Positions 38,988-52,192 are shown, counted from the stretch's first letter. The stretch: 64,000 bases of DNA from Lingula anatina (GCA_051362555.1 CM120647.1:16964651-17028650); one strand, 5' to 3'. Notes: a model not told the origin generated them from the sequence alone. Numbers and translations are program-made.

Positions 38988-40640
38988 ATGGGTGAGTCGC
39001 TCACAAAGAATTAGCTGAACAAAAATGGTTTAAGATATCCAGAACGAATGTGTTTAATCATATACATAAAAGTACCAGAGTTTACTCAGTTCACTTCACA
39101 CCTATATGACATAGTCGTTGCCGCCATAGTCAGTTTTATTTATTTTGGCATTTCAAATGTTGCAAACGTTCACCATTAACGAACTATTTTACTTCTTAAC
39201 TTTCCAGGCAATATTGTATTCAGCGAGTGCACTGTACCAAACGCATACCAGAATGCAAGCACGCAGATGGAGTGTATACCAGACGGGTTACTTGGCAGTA
39301 ACGCTGTGCCTCCCATCTGTACATTTAACCCGCTGTTCCTTGCCTTCACCGCCACTGGATTCCGTTGTATGTGCCCACCGGGGTCTTTTCCGTTTACCCT
39401 TCCTACCTCCGTTTTTCCTAGTCCAGTAGTGGATGCGACGTTTGTTTCCGAATGCGTCACAAGTATTTATCATTATTATTGTTATGATTTATTATACCTT
39501 GTTACAACATTCAATGATAACAAAACACATAATTGCCTTTCATGTAATTGTTATTATTATTATTATGGTCATGTTGGTGTTGTTTTAGTCCAGTTATAAT
39601 CATTATTTTGATAATTTATTTCAAATCAATATAGTTGTTTTTTGTTGTTTATACATAATGTTCTGATTTTCGTAAAAATATATATAGTTGAAGGCTCTCC
39701 ATGCACTACGGACACAGATTGCAACCTAAGGGCGACGGACTGCCTTGGCGTTGCCAGCCTTGCCAATACAGATATCCCACCGCAGTTCAACTTCGGGATT
39801 ACCTCAGACATAGCACGTTTTATCACGGTAAGCACATTCTTTTTCATATTTTTATTTATTTATTTATTATTATTTATCTGTTGTGTTCTTTTACTTTTAT
39901 ACTGAAAACATTTATCCATTTGTTACCCTGCTTCCCACAACCTATCCTGCTACAGTGTACCCTCATGTAAGCAATTGCAGAGGATAACTGCCAAAGCAGC
40001 GGCGTCTTTTGGATTTGCCTACGATGATAAAAATCATCATTCGTATTTTTCAAACTTTTGCTTTTTAAAACTTTTTATTGCAGCCAATAACAAGTCTCAT
40101 ATGCAGTTTTAACGACCGGTTCACCGTGGACATCACGCCTATCTACTACTGCAATGTTGACGAATGCGCCATTCTTAACACAAGTAAGGTTTTTTTTTTC
40201 TGGAGACCTGTAAGAGATCCACATCCAAACGATTAAGTCAGCTACGTTTATACACTCCCTTGATATTAAAGATTGACAAAAAATTTAAAGTGTGGTATGG
40301 TTGTATTCATATAATTTTTTTAATTATTATCACATTCCTCGTAGTAAGCTTCAACAGTTTATCCGCATAATGGAATCCCTACCTGTACAATCTACGACTC
40401 AGCTGTCAATACCCTGTTCAATACGTCACGTGTTGGTGTCACGTGTCTTTTGCAGGTCCACCCGTGAACACGCCACTCGTGAACGGGAGTACTTTGTTCT
40501 ACCAAGGCCTCGTCCGTGATTTGCTTCCAACCTTCTTCCGCACGTACTCCAATGTGGTACCAGACCCAAGCACCGGAGACCGCCTGACGTACCTCGCTCA
40601 AAATATTTATAAGACACTCTTTCCGTCGGTGTTTCCGTAA
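38988..40640 (+). CDS. Small Cys-rich protein, copy 2 (227 aa); exons 38988-38991, 39208-39462, 39688-39827, 40084-40183, 40456-40640
   Basis: Same exon structure and phases as copy 1. Intact frame from MGNIVFSEC to KTLFPSVFP*. Confidence 0.85.
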
Positions 40641-42630
40641 CTGCCTTTATCATCACGATTTGTTGTGCACACAAATCGGGATTGCCTGTGCGTGTTGTTA
40701 AACATTAAATGCCTTTTATCATTGTTGGAAAATAGCTGATATTTTATATATTGAATATCCGGAGTATGCAAATGCAAGCTGAGTCATATAGTGGGAAACA
40801 AACAATATGTTAAGCATCATTTTACCCGTGCGTCTGCATGCTTCTGGTATGCCGTTTAAGTTTAGATTAATGTTGCACGTTCAGCAGCCTTGGGTAAATG
40901 TGAACTGCAGGATTGCACCTTAATGTACAGAAAAAAAAAAGAAATACATCTTACTCGATATAGTGTGTTTCATCTTTATATGTGCATTTTCATAGAATTG
41001 TAAAACATAACCATCGCAATGTAGTTCGACCGCTATCTTCATCATCTCTCCATTATTTAATGTAGACACTATGAACCTGAAACGGATGTTTAGCATTATA
41101 CCTGTGTATGCGTATTCCAACTCGGCCGTTATGATAAAAGTGAATGTATACGACCCAAACTTTCAGCAAAATAGCGACTGCATGTGCGAAATAGATATAT
41201 ACATCATGGATTTACGTGGATGTTTTGTAATATTAAACATAATTTCAGATTTCTTCTCCTCTTGACTGAGCGTCCTCCTAAGTGCGTAGACACCTTACGT
41301 AAAATAACAAATATTGAATTAAAACCCCCATCTAACTAAATTATTAATAAATGAGTAAATAAATGAATAGGTAAACAATGAAATCGAACGATCAACAATG
41401 ACGCCCCTATAAAACATCAAGTATATTGAATCCAGTAATTTTACTATGTAAATTATAGGGTATCCTGGTGTGAAGGCCTGTCCTGAACCCCTGAAATTAT
41501 AAAAATGTGTAGGACTCGACTGAAAATCATGAAAACCTTTAATTACATCCTTACTAATTTCCTAGAGAGTGACGTTCTACGTGTATTTTTTAAATATTTC
41601 TCCATAAAGAATGACCACAAAAAATAAAGAAGGTAAAAACAGGCTAATTCCAAAATTCACCGCTGTTTTGGTGGTAAAATGTGATTTATTACATTTCTAG
41701 GTGTTGTTAACAATGTATATATTATAGGATTTTGAATCCCACGTGAAAAGTTGTTATCCCTTTAAATTATTTTCGTGCTTCCGTAAAGCTGTTGTGTGCA
41801 ATTGTCTTGATCTAAGTAGCAATAATCAGTCTATAGAGACCGTTAACAATACTAATGTACGTTTAGAGTCATGACCAGTCGTTCGAAACTATAACGCCCA
41901 TCTAGAAATAGCGTTATAACTATTATCATAATTCTCTATTATTATTTCAATTTTCCAGAGATGGTGTGCAATTGTCTTGGATCTAAATAGCAATAATCGG
42001 TCTATAGAGACCGTCAACGATATTTTAATACAATTCTCAATTATTATTTCAATCTCCCGAGTTTCCAAAGTTGACGCAGTATCAATAACTCTGACCAACT
42101 TTTTATTTTTGTGAAATATGAATATATGAACCATTTTATTCACACTTCGTGGAGACTCAGTATTTTTTACCAATTTACCGAAATATATCTGGCATTGATG
42201 GGACATTTTAATTTACATTAAAATGCCTGACACCGCCGGGTGTACACGTATAACTTGTGGTTGATAGACAGTTATCACAACGGTATAATGACTCCTGCAA
42301 GCGAAAATAACTGTTTTCTTTTCTCTGAACTAAGGGTGCTAATCCCATATCTTCGAATAATTTTGGATAACATCTATTAAACGCAGGCTACGGCTACGGC
42401 CAGAAAGATGACTGGCTGGACATAATCAGATAAAAAATATGAAGAATGTAAATAATATAATATAATGCAAATAAAGACTACAGTCTCCCCTCGATTTCGT
42501 CATTTGCACTGCTGCCATACCTGGGTGACGTGTGAATAAATTAAGCATTCTAGCTGGTTTTCCAGAAAGTTGTGCACTTGCTGTTATTACTGTCTTAAGT
42601 TTCAAAACGCTGTGAAATTTAAAGTCAAAC

Positions 42631-44244
42631 ATGGGTGAGTCGCTCACAGAGACATAGCTAAACTAAAATGGTTTTAGATATCTAGAATGAACGCGTTTTA
42701 TCAAATTCGTATACATTACAGAGAGAGAGGTTAGTTCATACCTATATGACGTAGTCGTTGCCTTGGTCAGTTTAATTTATTTTGCCATTGCAAATGTTGG
42801 AAACTTTCACCATTTACGAACTATTTTACTTCTTAACTTTTCAGGCAATACTGTATTCAGCGAGTGCACTCTACCAAACGCATACCAGAATGCAAGCACT
42901 CAGATGGAGTGTATGCAAGACCAGTTACTGGGCAATGACGTTGTGCCTCCTATCTGTACATTTAACCCGCTGTTCCTTGCCTTCACCGCCACTGGATTCC
43001 GTTGTATGTGCCCACCGGGGTCTTTTCCGTTCACCATTCCTACCTCCATTTTCCCTAGTTCAATAGTGGAAGCGACGTTTCTTTCCTTTTGCGTGACAAG
43101 TAATTATCATTATTATTGTTTTACTTTATTATAACTTGTTAGAAAAAGGACAACATACAGTGATTACATAGCACACATTTGCCTTTCATGTGCGTTTTAC
43201 TATTAAAACCGAATTGTTAAAATTGGTGTTGTTCTAGTTCAGCTATTACCATGATCTTGATATTTTATTTCAAAAGGAATATAACGTTTTGATTTCCTTA
43301 AAAATTCAAGTTGAAGGTTCTCCATGCACTACGGACGCAGATTGCAACCTTAGGGCGACGGACTGCCTTGGCGTTGCAAGCCTTGGCAATTTGAATATCC
43401 CACCGCAGTTCAACTTCGGGATAGTCTCTGACATCGCAAGTTTTATCACGGTAAAATAATTTCATTTTTTCAATATATATATATATATATATATTAAAAA
43501 AATAATATATCACGTGTATACCATGGCACGTGTATACTATTATTTATCGTTTGTGCTTCACTTTTATTCTGAAAAGGTTTATCCATCTGGTATGCGGTTC
43601 CCACATTCTATCCTGCTACCATCTTTTAAGCAGTCCCAGAGGATAATTGCTAAAGCAGCGGTAATAATAACCATCGTTTGTATCTTTACTTCAGCCAATA
43701 ACAAGTCTCATATGCAGTTTTAACGACCGGTTCACCGTGGACATTACGCCTATCTACTACTGCAATGTTAACGAATGCGCAGTTCTTAACACAAGTAAGT
43801 TTCAACGAGTAAACATGGTCGCTTAGTGTTCATACACGGGTATGAGATCCATACTGAAACGATAAAGAAACGATTTATACCCTCCCTTGGTATTAAAGAT
43901 TGAGAAAAAATTAAAAAATACGATCATTGTCATATTCCACATAGTAAGCGTCAACAGTTAAATAATCTGCATAAAGGAATCCCTAGCATTACAATGTACG
44001 ACTCAGCTGTGGATACTCTGTTCAAAACGTCACGTGGTGATGTCACTTGTCTTTTGCAGGTCCACCTGTGAACACGCCACTCGTGAACGGGAGTACTTTG
44101 TTCTACCAAGGCCTCGTCCGGGATTTGCTTCCAACCTTCTTCCGCACGTACTCCAATGTGGTACCAGACCCAAGCACCGGAGACCGCCTGACGTACCTCG
44201 CTCAAAATATTTATAAGACACTCTTTCCATCGGTGTTTCCGTAA
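42631..44244 (+). CDS. Small Cys-rich protein, copy 3 (227 aa); exons 42631-42634, 42845-43099, 43311-43450, 43695-43794, 44060-44244
   Basis: Same structure, starting MGNTVFSEC. An in-frame TGA at 42613 upstream supports the ATG. Confidence 0.85.
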
Positions 44245-44319
44245 CTGCCTTTATCAACACTATTTGTTGCACATAAATCGGGATTGTCTGTACGCGTTGT
44301 TGAACATTGAAATACTGTT

Positions 44320-44972
44320 TATAATGCTGTTTCAGGTTCATAGGGTCCACATTAAATAATGGAATGATGATGAAGACGGTCGGTTGAACTAAATTGTAAT
44401 GATTATGATTTACAATTGTATGAAAATGCACATATAACGATGAAACGCATCATATCGAGTAAGATGTATTTCTTTTTTTTTTTCCAGGTCTACCCAACTA
44501 CCAGACTCGGCACCGAATGGTCCCGAATTCACCGGTAGATCAGACCACACTACCCGGTTTCAAGGTGTGTATCAGAACGAATTTTACAGTATCAGACTCG
44601 ACACCACTCTTGCCTAGTACGCGATGTGATAGTGACGATTCTCAGCGGGGTTGAACAGCATTGCATCACCACTCAAAATTTGTTCAGGGTATGATACTGT
44701 GTAGTGCGTACTGACTCACACCTTGAAAACGGGTAGTGTGGTCTGATCTACCGTTGAATTCGGGACCATTCGGTACCGAGTCTGGTAGTTGGGTAGACCT
44801 GGAAAAAAAAGAAATACATCTTACTCGATATGATGCGTTTCATCGTTATATGTGCATTTTCATACAATTGTAAATCATAATCATTACAATTTAGTTCAAC
44901 CGACCGTCTTCATCATCATTCCATTATTTAATGTGGACCCTATGAACCTGAAACAGTTTTTTTAGCATTATA
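44320..44972. repeat. ~650-bp palindrome: a MITE (44485-44801) flanked by an inverted duplication of host sequence
   Basis: 44326-44484 is the near-perfect reverse complement of 44802-44956. Confidence 0.9.
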
Positions 44973-45899
44973 CCTGTGCATGCGTATTTCAACTCTGCCC
45001 TTTATGTTAAAAGTGAATGTGTACGGCCCAAACATTTAGCAAAATAACAACTCCATGTACGGAATAGATATACACATCTTGATTTACGTTTTGTGATATT
45101 TAATATAATTTCGTCTCTTCTTGACTGAGTGTCCTCTTATTCATCTCTCAGACGCCTTACGTAATGTAAAAAAAAAATATGGAATTACAAACCCCATCTA
45201 ACTAAATTATTAAGGAATGAGTAAAAATGAATAAGAAAACAATAAAGCAAACATCTTTTTCTTGCCCTTGATCTACTATTTGTGTTCTTGTCATATTGCA
45301 GTAATACGACACAACCTACAAGAACGTTTAACAATGAAACCACTATAAAACATCATGGATATTGAAACCTGTAATTTCACTATGCAAAGTATAGGGTTTC
45401 CCAGGCACACGTCGTGTAGACTCAGTTATTTTGGATCATTTTACCGAAATACATCAGGCGTTACAGGATACTAATGCACGACGCTGGGGGGGGGGGGGGG
45501 GGGGGGGAAGGGGGGGGGCAACACGTGTAAATTGTAGTTGATACACAGTTATCACAACGGTAAAGACTCCTACTAGTGATAATAACATATATTTTCTTAT
45601 CTCTGAAGTAAGGGTACTTATTTCCTGTCTTTGAATATTTGGATAATATCTCTTAAACGCAGCCTACGACCAGGAAGATGTCTGGCCTGACTTAAAATTA
45701 ACGATCAAGATTAAAAAAATGAAGAATGTAAAAATACATTGATATAAAGACTGATATCTCCCCTCAATACCGTCATTTGTACTGCTGGGATATCTAGGTG
45801 ACGCGTGGAGAAATTAAGGATTCCAGCAAGTTTTCCAAGTTGTACACTTACTATTATTACTGTCTTTAGTTTCAAAACGTTGTGAAATTTAAAGTCAAC

Positions 45900-47005
45900 A
45901 TGGGTGAGTCATCACAGAGAATAAGCTGAACAAAAATGATTTTAGATATCTAGAATGATTGCGTTTGATATATGTATATATATACTCATATGACTTAGTC
46001 TTTGTCAACAGTTTTCGATTACATTAAATTTGTTATGGGAAATATTGTAAACTTTCACCATTAAATAATGATTAAAGTTCTGCACTTTCCAGGCAACACT
46101 CTATTCGCCGAGTGCAGTCTACCAAACGCGTATCAGAATACAAACACGACGACGGAATGCACAACGCTTAGTGTCGGCAGCTTGACGAGTCCCGTCTGCA
46201 CCTTTAACCCGCTCTTCCTTGCCTTCACCGTCTCTGGATTCCGCTGCCTGTGCCCAGCGGGGTCGTCTCCCATTCCCTTTTCTCCTCAATTAGGAGTGGC
46301 GGTTCCTTTCGTCTGCTCGAGAAGTAATTGTTATTGCTTCATTTTGTTATATCTTACTATAAAGGAAAACATTGCAAAGCACATACCCGACTTTCGTGTA
46401 ATTGTTATTATTATTATTATAACTGTATTGTTATAGTTGGTGCTGTTTTAGTTCAGTTATCGGGATTATTTTGATCGTTTGTTTTAAAATAATATGGTCA
46501 ATAGTTTTTGTTCATTCATAATGTTCTGATTTTCGTTAAAAAATCTAGTTGAAGGTTCTTCATGCACAACGGACGCAGATTGCAACATAAAAGCGACGGA
46601 CTGCCTTGGCTTTGCAAGTCTGGGCAATTTGAGGATAACCTCGGACATCGCTAATTTGATCACGGTAAAAACATTATTTATTTATTACCATTTATCTTTT
46701 TGTGTTCTTTCACTTTTTTTTTTCTGAAAACGTTTATCCATTTGATATGTTGTTCCCATATGTTGTATCTTGCTACCATCTTTTAAGTAACTGCAGACTA
46801 TAACTGCTAAAGCAGCGGTGTCTATGTTAATAATAACAATCGTAGGTATTTTTTACTTCAGCCAATAACAAGTCTTATATGCAGCTTTAACGACCGGTTC
46901 ACCGTGGACATTACGCCCATCTACTTCTGCAACGTCAACCAGTGTGACATTCTTAACACAAGTGAGTTTTAAGGAGTTAGCATAGTGCATTTGGTCGTTT
47001 TTTTA

Positions 47006-47037
<32 letters not shown>

Positions 47038-47541
47038 TTTGTACGGGATACTGGTAAAAGACCCAGATCCAAAAAATTAAGTCAGCTACGTTCACACACT
47101 CACTTGGTTTAAGAGATCAAGCACGATTGACGAAATTAAAAAAAAAATGTGGTATGGATATATATAACATAATTCAAAGATGCACTGCTTGGGGATGTAT
47201 CAATATTATTTTTATTTTTAATAATATCATCAGAATCATTAGAGAAATAATAAATTTGTATAATGGTGTAACAGAATCTCTAGCTGCAACTTCTACGCCT
47301 CAGCTGTCGATACTCTGTAATATACGTCACATGTTAATGTCACTTGTCTTTTGCAGGTCCACCTGTGAACACGCCACTCGTGAACGGGAGTACTTTGTTC
47401 TACCAAGGCCTCGTCCGTGATTTGCTTCCAACCTTCTTCCGCACGTACTCCAATGTGGTACCAGACCCAAGCACCGGAGACCGCCTGACGTACCTCGCTC
47501 AAAATATTTATAAGACACTCTTTCCATCGGTGTTTCCGTAA
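45900..47541 (+). CDS. Small Cys-rich protein, copy 4 (211 aa); exons 45900-45903, 46093-46323, 46549-46664, 46862-46961, 47357-47541
   Basis: Same structure, starting MGNTLFAEC, with in-frame shorter loops in exons A and B. In-frame TAG at 45867 upstream of the ATG. Confidence 0.85.
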
Positions 47542-48359
47542 CTGCCTTTACCATCGGGAATTGTTGTTCAGATATTGGAATTGCCCGAGCATGTTGTTGA
47601 CATATTGCAATTGAATGCGTTGGTAGCGCAGTAGCTGATATGGTACGTACTGAAAATCTGGATTATTTCACTGGATATGTCCATAGTTTTGATACTGGAC
47701 GTTTCCTCCTTCTTTCCTCTTTTTTTTTCGTTTTCTTCTTTCTCCCTTCTTTCTTCTTTTGTTTATCACTCTCTGTTACTGCACATACTTCACTCTTTAA
47801 AAATAGTATCATTGTTTGTTAGATTTTAGTAGTTGTATTGTCTTACCAAACTGTATTTCTTTTAATCTTTTAATCTTTCTATCAGTTCTACAGAGATGTG
47901 GTACTTCATCAGTGGTTTTGGGCATAGTATTTCAATGATATGGATAAATAAATTTCTTTGTTGACCAATTCCTGTGTAAACTTTCATAATTTTGAATACA
48001 GTAATAAACTTAGTAAGTAAAAAAAAAAAAACTCTCCTGTTCTAAGTATGATGAATAATGAACTTCATATGGTTAATCATGATTGTAAAGATCACCTACA
48101 TTTAGAAATACAAACAAATACTTGTACGATAGAACAATATATAATAAACTTTATTTTAGGAGGGTAAAATACATTTGGTGTACACTTATCTTCCACATGG
48201 TACTCTATGAGGGGTTAAAGGAAGAAAAATCTTATGCTATAAAATGTTATGTGTTAGTTAACAGTTAAAATAAAGCCTTGAAGTTATTCAGCAGCACTAT
48301 CATGTGTGGCCTTCACTGTTCATTGTCAAGATAGAATGCACCAACTATAGTCTGCTTTA

Positions 48360-49263
48360 AGCCTCGGTCACAACCGGACGCACGAAATTCAGGATCGTAC
48401 GTCCCCTGCGATTTTTGGGTGTTGCGGAGGCCGTGGAGGTCGTAGAGGTAGAGTAAAAGACTGTCTTGCGAGTCGCAAGGGCCACATGAGATGTCTTTTC
48501 AGGCAGGGACGCTATTTGCAAGGAGCGATGGTCGTGGAAATTGTACTCATTTCTTGAGTTTGTCATGCTTCCTGTGTACGTGGCACACACTCACCACTTA
48601 TGAAGAGAATTCAACGCAAGGCGAAAGTGGTGCCCTTTTGCGTCAGTTTTGCTTCACACTTGCCCCACGCGTTTGTGGTGACGTACTGACGGCGTACGTC
48701 AGTTTTGCTTCCTGTTCTCCTCTTCCTCCTCCTTTTTTTCTACTATGTAAGCTTCTTTCTCTTGCCTTTGGAGGCATATTAGAATCTAAATTGAGCAAAA
48801 ATTTGAAAAATTTGTAAATTGTTGTACACGTTACACAGTCAACGTTCATTGTAAAGACACGAGCATGCGTCGTGAGCACGCCTTTTATACACCAGGCGTA
48901 TGGGTGACGCACGTGCGATACATTCCCGGTGTGCTCTCGACTTTGTTCGTTAGTTGTGAGGGCGTGCGCCTTACTCAACACGCAAAGGGCACTTGTTCCT
49001 TCATTGCTTGCGACATGCGTCTTGCACAACGTGCGTCTCTCTTACTAACTCCGTGCGAGGGGAGAAAGTTACGCTTGCGGCCTCGCTGTTCGTAGGCTAT
49101 TCGTAGAATCTTTTGGACATGTCCAACATCCTCCGTACGTGCTTACGGGCTGTCTGCGAACTCGAAATTGCGTAAGAAGGCCTTACGTGGGACGTGAGAT
49201 TCTGGGCAAAATTTGGACGCAAACAGCCCGTAAGAGCCCGTACGGCCGGTTGTGACCGAGGCT
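48360..49263. mobile_element. Non-autonomous PIF/Harbinger element (904 bp)
   Basis: TIR AGCCTCGGTCACAACCGG...CCGGTTGTGACCGAGGCT with TTA on both sides (3-bp TWA TSD). Confidence 0.88.
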
Positions 49264-49411
49264 TTACATCACCTTACGGAGAACTCCAAGCTATGGCACA
49301 TGGGTAATTCTGAACAAATTAGATTTATATTATGCTCCCAAGCGGAGGGCCTCTTGTAACAATAATACTTTTTAATTAGGAACATATAACACCATGTGTA
49401 TAATAAATTTA

Positions 49412-49442
<31 letters not shown>

Positions 49443-49460
49443 GTATGGGTGTTATGGAAA

Positions 49461-50923
49461 TTACAGCTTTGGTTGCAGGTAATGACTCTCGTGGACAACT
49501 AAAGAACGCTGGATATCCCCGATGTTGGCACAGCCTATAAAAGAGAATAAACAGATGCTGAAAATATTAGCACAATTGTAGAAAAATAATCTGCTAAGAA
49601 CTGTAGAAAATCTTAAATCTACAACTTGTGGCCAAATCAAACAATAAACCAAACTACTATGTATAATATATATAATTAAAGGTCAGCGAAAAATACGGGG
49701 TTATCAACAGCTACCTCACCCATTAAAAGCAGGGAAGAAAAAAATCTAAGATGATGACTGTGAACAAGCTTGTAATTTAAAAAGAAAACCTCTTTATCTC
49801 AATACACATCTGTGTGAATAAGTGTTATTTAAACAAACACATAGGAGTTGCCGGTACATTATCTGGATTATACCTGCTAGAGCCATTGCCAAGCTGAGTT
49901 CATCTCTCAACATCTGCAGAACCAATTTCACGCCTGCTTCCCCCTAAAATAACCCATCATACATGTATTGAATGACCTGTGGTGTGTGTAGGGTACGGCA
50001 GGTGGAGCCACTAGAAGAGTAGGGCGCCACTGAGAGGGTTTTCTTGGACTTGTAGCGGGGCATCCTCAAAGAAGTGTCAAAACAAGTTGTGTGATTCCGT
50101 TGGGCTTTATTACAGCGTATCTGTTCCCCAGTCGATACGCCATTGGCCATCACAATAGGAGGGGTCGGAAGGGGGCGCATGTATGGGGCAGGACGGTCTC
50201 GAGAATGCTTAACCGTAAAGGAGACTTCACTGGCAAATACTGATGGAATTATAGTTTTACTTGGAGGGTGCACAAGTTGATAATACATAAATGTTGTATA
50301 AAAAGGTAAATTCACGAGAGAGACAGAGAAGTCAACTGTATTTCCAACCTAATGCTGTCTAAATTTGCTCATGTAACATACATGTCACATATGAATGAAT
50401 TAAAACACTTAAATAAAACAATCGAGGTGTAATTATATATGTGACTGTTACATCCTTACATTGTAAGCCAATCCGTACAGCGCAGGTCGGCCGATAAAGA
50501 CTGCGCGTGCGCCAAGCGCCAAAGCTTTAAGAACATCGGTCCCTGACCTAACCCCACCGTCTAGGTAGACCTCACACCGCCCCTGGACAGCTTGGACAAC
50601 CTCGGACAACACATCTATCTATGCAGACAAAACCAAATACAGAAAGAAAAAATTAGAACATATATAACGTGTGGATGTGAGCCAAATATGTTACGCCTAG
50701 GTTTAGAGGTTTAGAGGCGCCAATGCGTATCGGAAATATTTCTAACATACAGTTAAGTAGAGTGGATATTAGGGCCATAAGAGTGCAGAAACGACACAGA
50801 GACATTTACGAGACATGAATTAGAAAGAAAGACAACTATGCAGAACATGTCAGTGGTGAATATTATGTTGACTATGGCAGTACCAAATTCCACCAAAATG
50901 TTCTTTGTTTCTTTCTTTCTTTT

Positions 50924-50979
<56 letters not shown>

Positions 50980-52117
50980 CGTGTGTGTGCGTGTGTGTGT
51001 GTGTGTGTGTCAAAGAGGACTTTGTTCCAATTTTTACCGAGGCAGGCACACCGTCGAGCTGACGCCCTCCATGGTTTGATACCATGATCCCGTCTACACC
51101 ACTCTCTACCGCCCTGACGGCGTCTTCACCTAGCATTCAGACAATATGATTTAATAAATGGATGAATAAGCCAATGGATGTATCAATGGATGAATCTATT
51201 AAGAACAATATAATATGCAGAATAAAAAACAGGAGTGCACAAGCATTAAGACAAAATGATTTAATAAATGAATATATAAGCGAATGGATGTATCAATGGA
51301 TGAATCTTTTAAGAACAATATAATATGCAAAATAAAACAAACAAAGAGGGGTGTGCATGTTGGAGTGCAATCTGTAAGATATTTGTTTGGTCATGATATA
51401 TTTTATTTCAATGTGTCTGCTGTTCAGGAGGATAAGGCAATGTTTCTCCAAAGTATTCTGCTCGTGCCATTGTGCAGGCATATGCTAGTATGGTGGTCAA
51501 TGGGGGAATTGTTTGGTGGTTTCTGCACTGCAAGACAGAGCCAATGTCATGCCTTGTTGTGCAATGGATGTGCTCTCAACTACCGCAATAAGTATAAGTG
51601 TTAAATTCCTGGAGGTAAACGAACGAAAGTTCCCCTTTGAAGTTGGAAAAAATGTTAACTTCTTAACTTTTTTAAAAAATAATTGGCCATGCCTTTGAAC
51701 ATTATAGAAATGATACCTCTCACAAGTTTCTAAGTTACCCAGTTTCCATTATTATTATTATTATTATCTCACTTGAATGACTAACGTACCTTGTAAGACT
51801 CTAAACAACTTGTTAACATTTAGATTATTATTACAGTGTGGACAGATCGATCTCTACCTGTGAGAACACCTTTAACCACCACAGGGAGTTTTGTGAAACT
51901 TTTCAACTTCTTCACATCACTCCATAACAACGGTGCAAATCCAAGTCCACACACTCCGTCATATGGCTTTCCGTCGTCGGATAAATTCTCAGTTCTGTAA
52001 AGGGATAAATATACATTTACCATTGCTGCTATTTATTTTTATGCATTGGTATATAATATTTAATAACACTTACTATTAGTAACAGACTTTTTCTTCTTCA
52101 ATAACTAACTAACTAAT

Positions 52118-52192
<75 letters not shown>

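Noticed and set aside
48357-49095. ORFs inside the Harbinger element as a transposase
   Set aside because: Too short and no DDE motifs; the element is non-autonomous.
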